From assembly GCA_017499595.2 (NCBI GenBank), contig CM038998.1, positions 3,658,001 to 3,722,000 of the forward strand: 64,000 nucleotides of DNA, in the 5' to 3' direction. The position numbers and the translations under genes are program-made. The notes under the pieces are model-generated. The model was not told where the DNA came from and did not search any database. It was given only the letters and a program-made list of their open reading frames with translations. Of the stretch, positions 1 to 12,237 are shown piece after piece. How positions within the stretch are numbered: the stretch's first letter is position 1; every line of letters starts with the position of its first letter. The stretch is from Psilocybe cubensis (lineage: Eukaryota).

Positions 1-291
1 GTGAGATCTACATTAATAGGCTTACACCATTTACTGTGTGCTCAACTGGTTGTTTCACTTAGTCGCCCCTCCTCCAAAGTGCATTGTCATTTACTGTAAC
101 AATGCCAATGCCATGGTCCTTTAGTCTTTTTGGGCTTTGCCAGATTTGAACCTTATTGTTCTATTTTGTGCAAATTTATTAATGTATTTCAATTGTCAGC
201 TACACTTGGTCCATATTTTTGGCAAACAAAATATTGTTGCAGATGCCCTATTGTGTTTTGACAATTTTTGTGCCCTTCACTATCAACCCAC
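1..291 (+). pseudogene. DIRS/Ngaro-type retroelement RNase H C-terminal fragment (degenerate), interrupted by copia A
   Basis: Translation LHLVHIFGKQNIVADALLCFDN resembles the HIPG.xN.vADALSR RNase H motif. The frame continues in register on the minus strand at 48605 (QPTLSISFFNPP). Confidence 0.7.
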
Positions 292-639
292 TGAAGGAAC
301 CTTAAGTACACAGTATACAAATCAGTCTGTAAGTTAAATCAGCCTCTGTAAAATAACAATAAAGCAAATGAATGTACCTCAGCAGAAAGAGGAAAAAGGC
401 TGAGGTACGAGAAAAAAAAAATTCCAGTATAAGTGAAGAGTCTCATAGCTACAAGAGGTGCAAAGAAGTTGATCTATTGACTACAAAGGTGATGCATTAT
501 ACAAGGTCAGCAGTACAACTACTTGAATTGAACAAGAACAGGGGCTTTTGGATAAAGAGTGGTGATAAGATAATAACTAGATAACGAGTGAAATGAAAAG
601 CAAAGAAGAAAAGATGAAGATAAATAAAATATACCAACA
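292..639 (-). repeat. Copia A1 3' LTR (348 bp)
   Basis: Direct repeat of 5499-5906 lacking one ~60-bp internal unit. Preceded on the minus strand by PPT TTGAGGGGATG. Confidence 0.93.
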
Positions 640-646
640 CATCCCC

Positions 647-3600
647 TCAATGCTTCACCTTTGTAACAACTTTGGGTGCAATTAGTCCAAGACGCTCAAC
701 CGCTTCAACAAATTTGACGCATTGTAGAGGTTTGGTAAGGATGTTGGCAGGGTTGTCCTTCCCAGGAATGTGGAGGATGACAAAGGTTTTGTTTTCAATG
801 TGAGAGCAGATGAAATGGTACCGGATATCTATGTGTTTCACTTTCAAATAAGAGGAATCATTCTCACATAGTGATTTGGCCCCCTCGTTGTTGGTTGCAA
901 CAATAAGAGGATGTGGGCAGCAAATGTGGAGATGGGATAGAGAAGAGCTCAACTACAGGCCTTCTTGCACAGTGTGGGTTAGTGCAATATATTTGGATTC
1001 AGTAGAACTCATAGAGATGCATGTTTGTGTTTTGGCCAACCAGCTCAAAGGGCCTCTAGCCACCATCTAGAGAAAACCCAATATAGAGGCACATGACTCT
1101 TTATTCCTGGCCCAGTCTGCGTCGGAGTATCCTTGCAAGACTTTTGATTTTTTATTGCCGCCGTAGTGCAAACAATAATTGCAAGTGCTACTTAGATAGT
1201 GTAGAACACACTTTGCAGTAGCATAGTGTCAAGGTTGAGGGTTAGAAGCATGCTGTGAGAGTAGCAGGATAGCAATTGAGATATCCAGCCGCAAGTGTCA
1301 TTGAATGAATAAAAGAAAACTAATGAGACGTTAGAAAGTAGATTTGATGTTGGGAATTTCTAGAAATGTGTCGGTGTCATGGCCAAAAAGATAGGTAGTG
1401 TTGATTGGAGTGAAAACAGGGCTGTAATTGAGAAGATTGTACTTGTCAAGAACATTTGCAATGTATGGTTCTTGATGGATCCATAATTCTTGAGTCTTAA
1501 GATTCCTTTTGTACTATACACCCAAGTATGATTGTAGGGGCCTAAGGTTCTTGATTCCGAACCTTTTATTGACTTCTGCCTTGGTGTAATTGAGGAAAGA
1601 TTTGGAGTTCAAAGAACCTAAGCCATTGTCAACATGAATGCAAAGCCAGTACTGTACGTCTTTGCCATTCCATACTCCTTCAAATACAAAGGTTGCATAA
1701 TCTTTCTTCGACCATTTGAAACCTAAATCTTGGAGGATAGAATGAATAAGAATGTACCATACGCTGCTAGCTTGTTTAAGGCCATATAGTGACTTTACCA
1801 ATCTCCATATTCCCTTTGTAAATGGCGAAGAGTATCCCGGAGGGCATCTCATATAGATCACTTCTAATAAACATAGAAAGGCTCGTGTGGCGTCAAAACA
1901 TTCAATGTGCCATCCATTGAGAGTGGCGTGAATTACAATGGCGCGAGTGCTGACCAATTTTGAGACAGGAGCAAATGTATTGTGGTAGTTGACAAGGTAT
2001 TTTTGAGAAAATTCTTGCGCTACAAGCCTTGCTTTGTATACAAGTTCTCTACCATCTTCTAATACTTTGAATTCAAATACCCATCGACAACCAATGATGT
2101 GTGCGCCATCTGGAAGTTCCTTGTCAATGTAAATCTTCATTGATTTCAGCATGTTGAGTTTTTTTTCAATGACAATCTTCCACTGTTCAGCATTTGAGCG
2201 TTGCACTGCTTTTTGGTATGTGGCCGGAGGAATTTTGAGGTCATAGTTGGGGGCAAGAGGATTCCTCCTATGATCACTTTGTACTGAGAGTAGCATTGCC
2301 TCAAATATTGCCTCTGTATCCCTGGCAAGGTAATCCTTAATGTCTAGCAACACAAAAGATGTTTTGGCATTGTTGGAAAAAGTCAATGGAGAGCAAAAGT
2401 CATCTAACATTCCAACAGAGCATAATGAAATGAAAGGATTTTTGTCACCCCCTTAGTCGTTAGAATGTGACAATATTGAGGATGCTTGTTTGCTATTGGC
2501 TTTGCGTGATTTGATGATTGATTGACTTTTGGCCTTTTCCACATCATGGAGTTGATTATAGAGAAAACCGCAGGCAAAAGGATGACGTTCACGCAATAAA
2601 GATTGAGGAGGCAGTAGAGTATGTCAAGCAATGGGTGTGGGTGGTGGATTAGAAGAGGTGAATTGTTGAACGGGTGTTGAAGGAGGAATAATGTTGATAT
2701 CTACGGAAGGAACGAAAGATGATGAAAAAAAGGAATTCAAAAGTTTGGGAGCATCTAAGTCAGAAGGAGTAGCAACAAGATTTTGTACAAAATTTGAATT
2801 GGAAAAAGCAGAAGACAAATTGTTAGAAGAAATGTTGGAACAAGAAGAATCAGAGGAATAAAATGGGTTAAAAACATTGGGGAAAAAAATAAGAGAAGAG
2901 TAATCTAATGGAGTGGAAGAGAAATGAATTGTAGAAATAGAGGGCATGTTTTCATCAAATATGGCATTAGAAGAGTCAAAAAAGTGTCCAGTCTCAATAT
3001 GTCAGAAACGATATCCTTTTCCACTGGGTGAGTAGCCCATAAATCTGCACTGAACAGATTTTGCTCCCATTTTTGATTGCTACTCTTCTGGTATGTGGAC
3101 AAAGACTTGACAACCCCAAACACAAAGGTGGGATAAGTTTGGCGGACAATGGTACATGTTCTCAAAAGGGATTATTCCTTCCTCGTTGGTACTGGTGATG
3201 TTAAGCAGATATGAAGCAGTGAGTGCAGCCTCATCCAATAAGTTAGAGGAAGCTGGGCCATGGTAATCATTGCCAACATCCGGCCCTGAATGGTACGCAT
3301 GAATCGCTTGATTTCCCTATTCATCCAGTGTTCCTGCGCTGGTATTACTTCTTGTTCTATACCTTGGGTGAGTAGGTAAGCAGAGAAGACACCTTTCCAC
3401 TTGGGTCCCCTATTACAGCAAAAGTGTTGAATCTTGCAACCAGTGTGTGTTTTCTATTGAGCCTGTACAATCTTAAAAGCCTCAAACATTGTTTTAGCAG
3501 TTTTATCTACGGTAAGCTGTACATTGCTAACCTTCATACTAGCACAGCAAAATGCAACAAAGTACTCCTTGTGATGAGAAGTTTTGACAGGAAACGGACC

Positions 3601-4058
3601 GCACGTATCAGCGACAACAAGTTCCAGTGGTTGATAGGCACGCTGGCCAAGCAAGCTTGGTGGATGTGGGGTAGCAGTATGCTTGGCAACAATGCAAGGT
3701 TTGCATTTTATATTATCATCTTTGATATGGGCTTTCATGACTTGCTTTACCAGAATACATGTTGTCTGCTTTCCTGGATGTCCCAAACAAAGGTGGTGGA
3801 GGTACATTGTTTCCGGCACTTTGACAAACATGATACATTCATTGAGTACGGGCGCTCCCTTTACTCTTGGTACAAATATGGTGTTGTCCATAGCAAATAG
3901 GCCGTTGATCAACAATATAGATGCAAAGATAATGTCTTCTTTAGAGAGTAGTACCCCAACACCAGGTACAAAGTTGCAGCCAATTCCAGCAATAAAGAGT
4001 CTGCTAACAAATAGTAGATTGACTGCGGTGCTGGGAGCGTGAAGACAATTGTTGAGTT
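647..4058 (-). pseudogene. pol: Copia A1 pol remnants (GAG-pre-integrase, integrase, RT, RNase H)
   Basis: Fragments HHLCLGH..CKPC, YKARLVAQ, KSLYGLKQA, KHIDIRYHF, NPANILTK are broken by stops and frameshifts. Confidence 0.9.
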
Positions 4059-5354
4059 TTAAATGGATTGATTTTCCTTGATACTGTACATGACATTGAT
4101 GATGCAGGTGCCGCCACCTTGCGTGCGAAGTGTTCTAAGATTGGCCGTTGTAATGTTTTGCGTGTCAGCCTCAGAGTATGTATGAAAGAGTGCGCGCGAT
4201 TTGATGATGTACAAAGTTGCACCCAAGTCAAGTAAGATGGAAGTCGATAGCAAAGAGGTTGTGGTGGTCAAAGGTGTGTTTGGTGCGCTGTCATTAATTT
4301 CTTCCATTAATACACATGATATTTCACTGCTGTCTAAAGAGGTTGACTCCATTGCAACCGATGCCATCTCTGTTCTCTTGGCTGCGACTGCTACATGGTA
4401 AGCAGGGCCTTGACCTTCCATCCCGCCACCTTTTGCCCAGCAGTGGTCCTTGTCGTGTGACCAATTTTTGCAGTTAGTGCATCTAACCCCGTTCGGGTTA
4501 TTTGCATATTTTGCAATGGGTCTATTGTCATTCAAAAAGTTGGAATACTCGGAGCCAGGTGGGTGACGCTTGCCAGTAGATTCAGCTTCCAGACACTGAC
4601 ATTCAATGGTTAGGCAAGAAGTGATCCTTTCAAGGGCAGTATTTGGAGCAAAGGGTGTGCGTCCTTCATCTTTAGCCATCTTATTGCGATCTAAGGTGTC
4701 TTGATACAGCTGTATCATTAGTTGCTTAAAGTTTGGCCATGCGTCCGTAAAAGGAAGGCTGTAAATTATGTGATGTATGATGTCACTCTTGGGGTAGTTA
4801 ACTCCCATGTCCTTGAGTTGTTCTTTGCCCATGCGGAACTCTCCCAGGTATTTCTCAATCTTGGTGTAGTCTTTAAGTTTCATTGACGCAAGCTTTTCTT
4901 TAATGGCAAATTTTGCATTAATGTTGACACAAGCATATCTTGTCAGGATTTGATTCCAGACTATCCGTGCGGTGATGTCTTGACCAATGTTGAGGTTTGA
5001 CTTGACAAGTGCCGACACTTTCCAAGTGATTAGAATTTTGATGCTGTTGTCATCACTCCACCATTTGCAATATACTGCTATAATATTGTCAAACACGTCT
5101 ACGGCTGGTTTGTTGGGTTTGGGGAAAACAGGATATTTTGCAGTCCTGTTTTCAGATCCTTCAATGTGTCCGTAGACTCCACAGTCTTTCAAGATGTTTT
5201 GCATGTTGTCCCTCCATGCAATGAAATTGGAAGTCCCTTTGAGATTGACAATATGGTCTACCTTGGCATTTGCTGGTGTGACTTTTGTGCTTATCATTAT
5301 ATTGTTAATGGTCGTATGAGTGGGGTTTGGAATTTGCCTCATTGTGGACAACAT
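4059..5354 (-). pseudogene. gag: Copia A1 Gag plus start of protease
   Basis: 431-aa ORF with CCHC knuckle CTNCKNWSHDKDHC, then WAKGGGMEG, then a mutated protease site LLDLGAT. Confidence 0.88.
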
Positions 5355-5486
5355 TTTGATGCAGAGATTTCTGGATTGATTGAATTTGAGATATGTGAAT
5401 CTGGAGTATCAAGAAATTATAAAAATGATCTAGTGAGCCTTTTGCGTTGTTGAGTATATTGTGTCTTTTGTTTTCAGGCACAATCG

Positions 5487-5498
5487 GGGCCCATAACC
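5487..5498 (-). promoter_or_regulatory. Primer-binding site GGTTATGGGCCC (half-tRNA-iMet type)
   Basis: Lies immediately 3' of the 5' LTR and resembles the Ty5/copia anticodon-loop PBS. Confidence 0.85.
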
Positions 5499-5906
5499 TG
5501 AAGGAACCTTAAGTACACGGTATATGAATCAGTCTCAGCAGGAAGAGGAAAAAGGCTGTTTGTGGACCTTAAATACACAGTATACAAATCAGTCTGTAAG
5601 TTAAATCAGCCACTATAAAACAATAATAAAGCAAATGAATGTACCTCAGCAGGAAGAGGAAAAAGGCTGAGGTACAAGGAAGAAAAAAGTCCAGTATAAG
5701 TGAAGAATCTCATAGCTACAAGAGGTGCAAAGAAGTTGATCTACTGACTACAAAGGTGATGCATTGTACAAGGTCAGCAATACAACTACTCAAATTGAAC
5801 AAGAACAGGGGCTTTCGGATGAAGAGTAGTGATAAGATAATAACCAGATAATAAGTGAAATAAAAAGCAAAGAAGAAAAGATGAAGATGAATAAAATATA
5901 CCAACA
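5499..5906 (-). repeat. Copia A1 5' LTR (408 bp)
   Basis: TG..CA termini, adjacent PBS, and an internal ~60-bp duplication. Confidence 0.93.
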
Positions 5907-5993
5907 CATTTTACATAAAATGTGGAAATCAAGGTCGTCATAACAAATATTGCCTCGGCCCAGAAGGCAGCTCTTGCTGGTGGTAAGATTTAC

Positions 5994-6316
5994 TGTTGAA
6001 CGACTATTATTAATGAAGATCACGTTTGTCGACCGTGTGACTCTCAGAGTCATATAATAAGTCATGTGAATAGATTACTAAGTAGATAGATGACTAAGTA
6101 CTATACAGTAGTTACTGTCACTAGTCACATGTAACGCACTCTAGGTGTATATAAGGGCGACGCTAGTGCCCTCTAAATGACAAGCGGTTTTCACAACCCA
6201 CTCGAGTAGCTACAACTCAAGTAACACAACCCAAAGGGTAAGTATTAAGTCAAGTCCTTGGCCACTGCGTACATAGACTGTGTAGAGTAGTCTTGGGCAC
6301 ATTATGCTGCTTAACA
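5994..6316 (+). repeat. Copia B 5' LTR
   Basis: TGTTGA...TTAACA with TATATAAG inside, followed by the PBS. Confidence 0.96.
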
Positions 6317-6602
6317 GGTTATGGGACCCGTAGCCATAACGACGCAGGCTTGTTAGCCTTGCTGTCGATGGCACTGGCCTAGGAACAATACTTGCCCCTA
6401 TGCTGCTCTGAAAGATAACACTTATTTTAGCAATCTAGATGAGTGTGCAAAAGATCTTAATCTTGATTGGATCTTAGATCTGATCTTAAGATTGATCGGG
6501 CCTGACCAGCCCAACTGTTTCCTTTCTATTCTAAGTTCAGGATGTGAGAAAAGCCTTGCTGACTTATTCTTGTCACAGGCTCAAACTTTAAGCGCACTAA
6601 GA

Positions 6603-9600
6603 ATGTCTTCCAAAGCAACCGTATCCGTTTCCAAATTCCCCAAATTCGATGGTTCCAACTATTGTAAATGGGCTGACAAAATGCTTCCCATATTCCTCCT
6701 GATTGGCGTTGATGGGGTTATTTCTGGAGATGTCATGGCCCCTTCTTCAATTGAAATAGAGCCTGCATTCCCATCCCCCGTTGCTCTGGCAACAACTGTT
6801 AACGCAGCTCAAATTGAGCTGTGGAAAATCCAATTCCAATGCTGGTTGCAAAGATCTTCGTCGTTTAAAAAAGCGATGAAAGATTTTAAGGAGCAGAATT
6901 TTAAGGCACTAGGTGTCATTGCAAATTCCTTAATCCCATCTATTTGGGAAACAGTCAAGGGAAAGACCGCGAAGGGGGCATGGGATAATCTGAAAGCAAA
7001 ATACAATAAAGTTCAATTTGTTGAAGTAATGGAGGACTTTAAACGTCTGACTACCTTCAAATTTGATCTTTCGGATCCTACCCCTCAGCTGGCCCGTTTC
7101 AGAGCCATCTACGAGCATGTCAAAAAGGTTGAAAATGCAGATCTAGTATCCGAGACCATGGCATGTCTCATCTTATTCTCACGTTTACCCCTTGCGGTAT
7201 TGCCCAATCAACCGCCCTCCATATATCAAGACCTTATTAATAATTATGGAGACAAGACCAAGATTGACGACATGAAGCTGGAGGCTATTTCCGCTGATAT
7301 CCGCAATCGTTGGGGAGCGCGGTTTGGTAATCTGGATGACAGGCAAAAACCTAAAAAGGGTACGACATATGACCCTAAGCCTGCACCAAAGACCGGCCCT
7401 TCCCGGGCACCGCAACAGTCGGCTGAATGCAATACTGCGATCCGACCAAAAGGGGAACACCCCCACTATCATCCTTCAAAGACCCCTAATCAGGGACAGT
7501 CTCAGGGTGATAATCAGGAGAAGAAAATTTGTAAGCGTGCCCCACGAGGCAAAGGCAAGCAGTGTGCACAAGGCAATACAGCCTTAGCGGATGATGTCTT
7601 TATGGCATCAACATTGACGGTTCTTGAACCGGCAATTCCAGCTCCCACCATGTCAAGAATCATCGAGATCAACGGTAGAGGAAGTATCTCCTCCTGTACC
7701 TCTGCTCCGGCTGGGCCCTGGAGAAATCCGGACACATGTATGGCGCCATACCCGGCTCCTGCTGCCGCACGCAGCCTAGCTTCCAGAATTGGTGTAAAGC
7801 CTACTTCACAGGCACTCCAGATTATGGAAAGCGTTGCCACAAGCAGCTTGCAAATTCCTTTGGATGTCTCCCTTGCAGAGAGGTTGAAGACTCCGCCCGT
7901 CAACTCTGAAACTATTGACAATCACATGGTCGTTAATGGTGAGATCACATCTCCGGAGATCGAAAAGCTTAATAATGAGCTATTCGGACCGGAACCAAAG
8001 CAATGGGGTGATATCCCAAACTTTGATGATCAGAGAGAACGGTTTCCTGATGTTCCTATTGAGGAACGTGTGGATTACGGAGAAGACGATGAGGATCTCT
8101 ATGACGGTTACTACGATGACCATTTTGTTGATAGGCAAGTAAGTTCTAGTTCTAGCAATTGGACCATAAATAACGCTGAGATTCCCACAGGGACTACCCC
8201 ATCTAGAGACGACAACGACTCAACAGTCAACCGGCCGGAGGAGGAGGAGTTCCCTGTAGATATTTACTACTCATTTGTACATGATGTATACCAAAAATAT
8301 CTATCTCATTTTGCGTGTTGTCCAGATTGCAAAGGAAAAGGAACTGAAAAACCCAAAAAGGGGAAAGAAGCCATAACGGCTTGGTTAATGGACAGTGGTA
8401 CTAGCGTGCACTTTACTGGCGATAAGTTTGATTTCGCAAGTTACCAAGACTTTGCTGAGAATAATTGACCTATTTCGCAAACTGCCACTACCACGGTGCC
8501 TATCACCGGTTTTGGAACAGTCTTTGTAGAAGTGGTTTCACACTCCAAGGATCCGGGACATGAAGTCCGCCGACTCCATCCTGTTCTATACATGGAACAA
8601 TTACATGTCCAATTAATGTCAATGGGACAACTCCTGTTGTCCGGCATGACTATAGAAGGAACAGCTAAAGTCCTTTGGTTCTTTGATTTGCCTGAGAAAT
8701 CATATGGCCTGCAAGCCAGGGCAGATTTAATTGAATCGAACAAACATCCAATATATTGGGTGCATACGCGCATTGTTTCTGGAGAAGACATTAGCACGTT
8801 ATCTTCAATTCTTCAAGAGTCAAGTAACCTTTGGCATCGACGCCTTGGTCATCCCTCTGACGATGTTCTAAGACATTTTAGGGACTCCACTAAAAACTTT
8901 CCCAAAATAAGTGTACCCAAGGACAAAAATGTCTGTGAAGGCTGCGCGAAGAGTAAAATGACTGATAAGTCATATGACAAAAACCCCAAACGCGCAAAGA
9001 AGCCTTTTGATTATATCCATTGTGATCTCAAGACGTTTTCCGTTTATTTCTACCAGAAGTGTAAATACTTCATGTCCTTTTTGGACGATCACACCCCACA
9101 CGTATGGCTCTACTTTCTTAAAAAGAAGAGTGATGCCGCTGCGGCTGTGAATTCTTTTGAGAATATGGTGGAAAAACAGTATGGTACCTCCGTCAAAGAA
9201 TACTTCTTTGATAATGGCAGAGAATTTGTTAGTATTGAGTTCTTGGAACGGCTACAAAATGCTGGTACACGTGCCTGCTTTACAGCTCTTTATGCTCATC
9301 AGAGCAATGGTCGAGCTGAAAGACTAAACAGGACAATTATGGAAAAGTCTGAAGCGATGAGGCATTACGCCTGTCTACCGGATAGCTGGTGGCAATTTTG
9401 CTGTGCCCACGCTGTTTTCCTATACAATAGGACTCCGGTAAAACGCATTGAGTGGAAGACACCCCATCAGGCCCTTAAGGGGGAGTTACCTGATGTGTCT
9501 AAAATTAAAACTTTGGGATGCGCAGCTTATGTGTACCTACACAAGGAGCAGCATAAAAATAAGTTATCACCGCGTTCCGAGTTGATGACATTCCTCAGCT

Positions 9601-11855
9601 ACAAATCTAATTCGGTGATGATCTTTATGAGATCTCCAAATAATGTGGTCTTTCGTGTGAACAAGGCCCTATTCGATGAAACCTTATTCCCAAAGTGTGA
9701 ATCTAAGAGGAAGATTCCACCCAACACACGCTTTAATCCTCCAAAACCAAAGGGACCCTCCTTTGAAATCGGCTATGGAAGTGAGTCGACTGATTCCGAT
9801 AATGACGACTTTCCAATGCCACCTCTGCCGAAAGAGACAGGCGATCAACCGAGCCCACGGTCCGCCAGTCCTCCAAGTTCTATGCTAGGGCCTAGTTCAC
9901 GTCCTCCTCGTGACAATGACAATGATCAGAATGACGATCAGGGATATGTAACACCTCCCACGTCAGGTCAAAAACCAAAAATGCCTGATACACCTGTCAA
10001 GCCTCCACCCAGAAGGTCGGATAGAACTCGGAAAGTACCAGAGCGGGAAGGCAATGTTTACCGACCCGGAACAACAACCGATAAAGATCAACGTAAAAAG
10101 TTGCAGACTGTTTCACACGGAGTGGCATCCGTCCCTGATTACGTGCCACTTACTCGATCTAGTAGCAATCGCAATGTTGAATCTGGTATCCCTAATTCAG
10201 GGACGGAAGGGGGAGTAGTAAACAGTCTTTTTGCGACATTACTTTCCAAACGGGTTTGTAAAATCATCTGTGCTACTGATTATGGTCTAACAAAGGATGT
10301 CCGTGACTGGACCCTGCGTGATTTGCTGAAATTACTAGCTGACCAACAGAAGGAATAGAGACAAGCCATAAAAGACAAGTTAGAGGTCCTCGTCAAAAGA
10401 GAGGTCTATGAGCTTGTTGATCTCCCTAATGGCCGAAAAGCCATCAAATGCAGATGGGTCTATGACATCAAAACTGATGGTTGGAAAAAGGCTTGTCTGG
10501 TAGCCAAAGGCTTTTTACAGATAGAAGGCCTAGACTACGATGATTTATTCTTACCCGTGGTCATGCTACCAAGTGTTTGCACAATATTTGCCCTTGCCGT
10601 ACTCAAAGGGTGGAAAGTCTGGTCCCTTGACGTTATATCGGCCTTCCTTTATAGGCCATTAGACGAGGAGATATATATAGAACAGCCTGAAGGCTTTGTT
10701 CTAAAGGGACAGGAGAAAAAAGTACTCCGGCTTAAAAAGGCAATTTATGGGCTCAAACAAGCTGCACGAGCATGGTGGTTCGAGCTAGACAGAAGTCTAA
10801 AAGAGCTCGGAATCACTAGACTATACTCGGACGCCGGCATCTTCATCTCACGTCATACTGACGGCACATTAGCAATAATGTTTGCCTATGTTAACAACAT
10901 CCAGATCACCGGACCCAACTCCGAACTCTCACAACAGAAGAGAGATCTCTTTATGAAGAAGTGGGATTGCCGGGATCTTGGAGAATCACGGGAGTTTCTC
11001 CGCATAGCTATTGATTACAAAGATGGCAAAATCCTCTTGAGTCAAGCCAACTATTTGGAAAAGGTTCTAACCCGGTTTGGCATGAGCGATGCTAAAGCTG
11101 CTAGAACTCCCTTACCCACGGGCTATCACCCAATGCCGTACAAAGGTACTAGTTCGGCATCTCTTTGCTCACAGTACCAATCAGTGATTAGTTTCTTGCT
11201 TTACCTAATGCTTGGAACTAGACCTGACATTGCCTATGCAGTGACTCAGATGGCGAAGTTTGCTTCCAATCCATCTGAAGACCACATGAACAAGGCTAAA
11301 TATATTATGCGGTATCTTGTTGGCACACGCAAATATGCCTTAGTTTATGATGGGAAGTCTCGCGCTGGCCTATATGCCTATTGTGACGCCTCTTATGGAG
11401 ATGACCAATCAGAGCTCGACCTTAAGCGTCGGTCTGCACAAGGCTACTTCTTTAGCTTGGCAAATGCCGCGGTCATGTGGAAATCACAGATACAGAAGTT
11501 AGTCTCAATGTTGTCTACTATGAGTAAATACATGGCACTCTCCGACTGCGCCAAAGATTGCGCATGGATTAAAAATCTATTTGCAGAACTGGCAAAACCA
11601 ATTTCCCACGTCCCAGTCTATGCGGACTCACATGGTGCAATATTCAACGCGCAGAATCCCGTGACACAAAAAGGTATCAAGCACGTGGAGATTCGCTATC
11701 ATTACATACAAGAACAAATAGAGCAAGGCACACTCAAGTTATATGCAGTTCCGACTGCTGATAACGTTGCCAATATGTTTACCAAGAATCTAGGTCCTGA
11801 TCTATTCTTGAAACATAGATCTGCTCTTGGCCTTGAGTTTTACCCGCTAGATTAG
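6603..11855 (+). pseudogene. gag-pol: Copia B gag-pol polyprotein (single frame, in-frame stops at 8466 and 10356)
   Basis: ORFs 6492-8468, 8496-10358 and 10557-11855 are in the same frame. Motifs WLMDSG, WHRRLGH..CEGC, NGRAERLNR, KKAIYGLKQA, YVNN (decayed YVDD), YCDAS. Confidence 0.92.
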
Positions 11856-11914
11856 TCCGTTTATGAAAACAAATAGAGTCCCACCTTATGGCGCGCGCAC
11901 CACTTGAGGGGAAG

Positions 11915-12237
11915 TGTTGAACAACTATTATTAATGAAGATCACATTTGTCGACCGTGTGACTCTCAGAGTCATATGATAAGTCATGTGAATAGATTACT
12001 AAGTAAATAGATGACTAAGTACTATACAGTAGTTACTGTCACTAGTCACATGTAACACACTCTAGGTGTATATAAGGGCGACGCTAGTGCCCTCTAAATG
12101 ACAAGCGGTTTTCACAACCCACTCAAGTAGCTACAACTCAAGTAACACAACCCAAAGGGTAAGTATTAAGTCAAGTCCTTGGCCACTGCGTACATAGACT
12201 GTGTAGAGTAGTCTTGGGCACATTATGCTGCTCAACA
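11915..12237 (+). repeat. Copia B 3' LTR
   Basis: Direct repeat of 5994-6316. Confidence 0.96.

Larger units (their letters stand above)
292..5906 (-). mobile_element. Ty1/copia LTR retrotransposon family A, copy A1 (degenerate, flanks do not match)
   Basis: TG..CA LTRs at 292-639 and 5499-5906, PBS at 5487-5498, PPT at 640-650. Domain order is gag-PR-INT-RT-RH, with stops and frameshifts. Confidence 0.95.
5994..12237 (+). mobile_element. Ty1/copia LTR retrotransposon family B, full length
   Basis: 323-bp LTRs at 5994-6316 and 11915-12237 (about 7 transitions apart), perfect TSD TTTAC (5989-5993 and 12238-12242), PBS GGTTATGGGACCC at 6317, PPT GAGGGGAAG. Confidence 0.97.

Noticed and set aside
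372-584. Repeated short ORF MYLSRKRKKAEV (also 5639-5851 and 50215-50472)
   Set aside because: Antisense reading of the copia A LTR. It recurs only because the LTR recurs.
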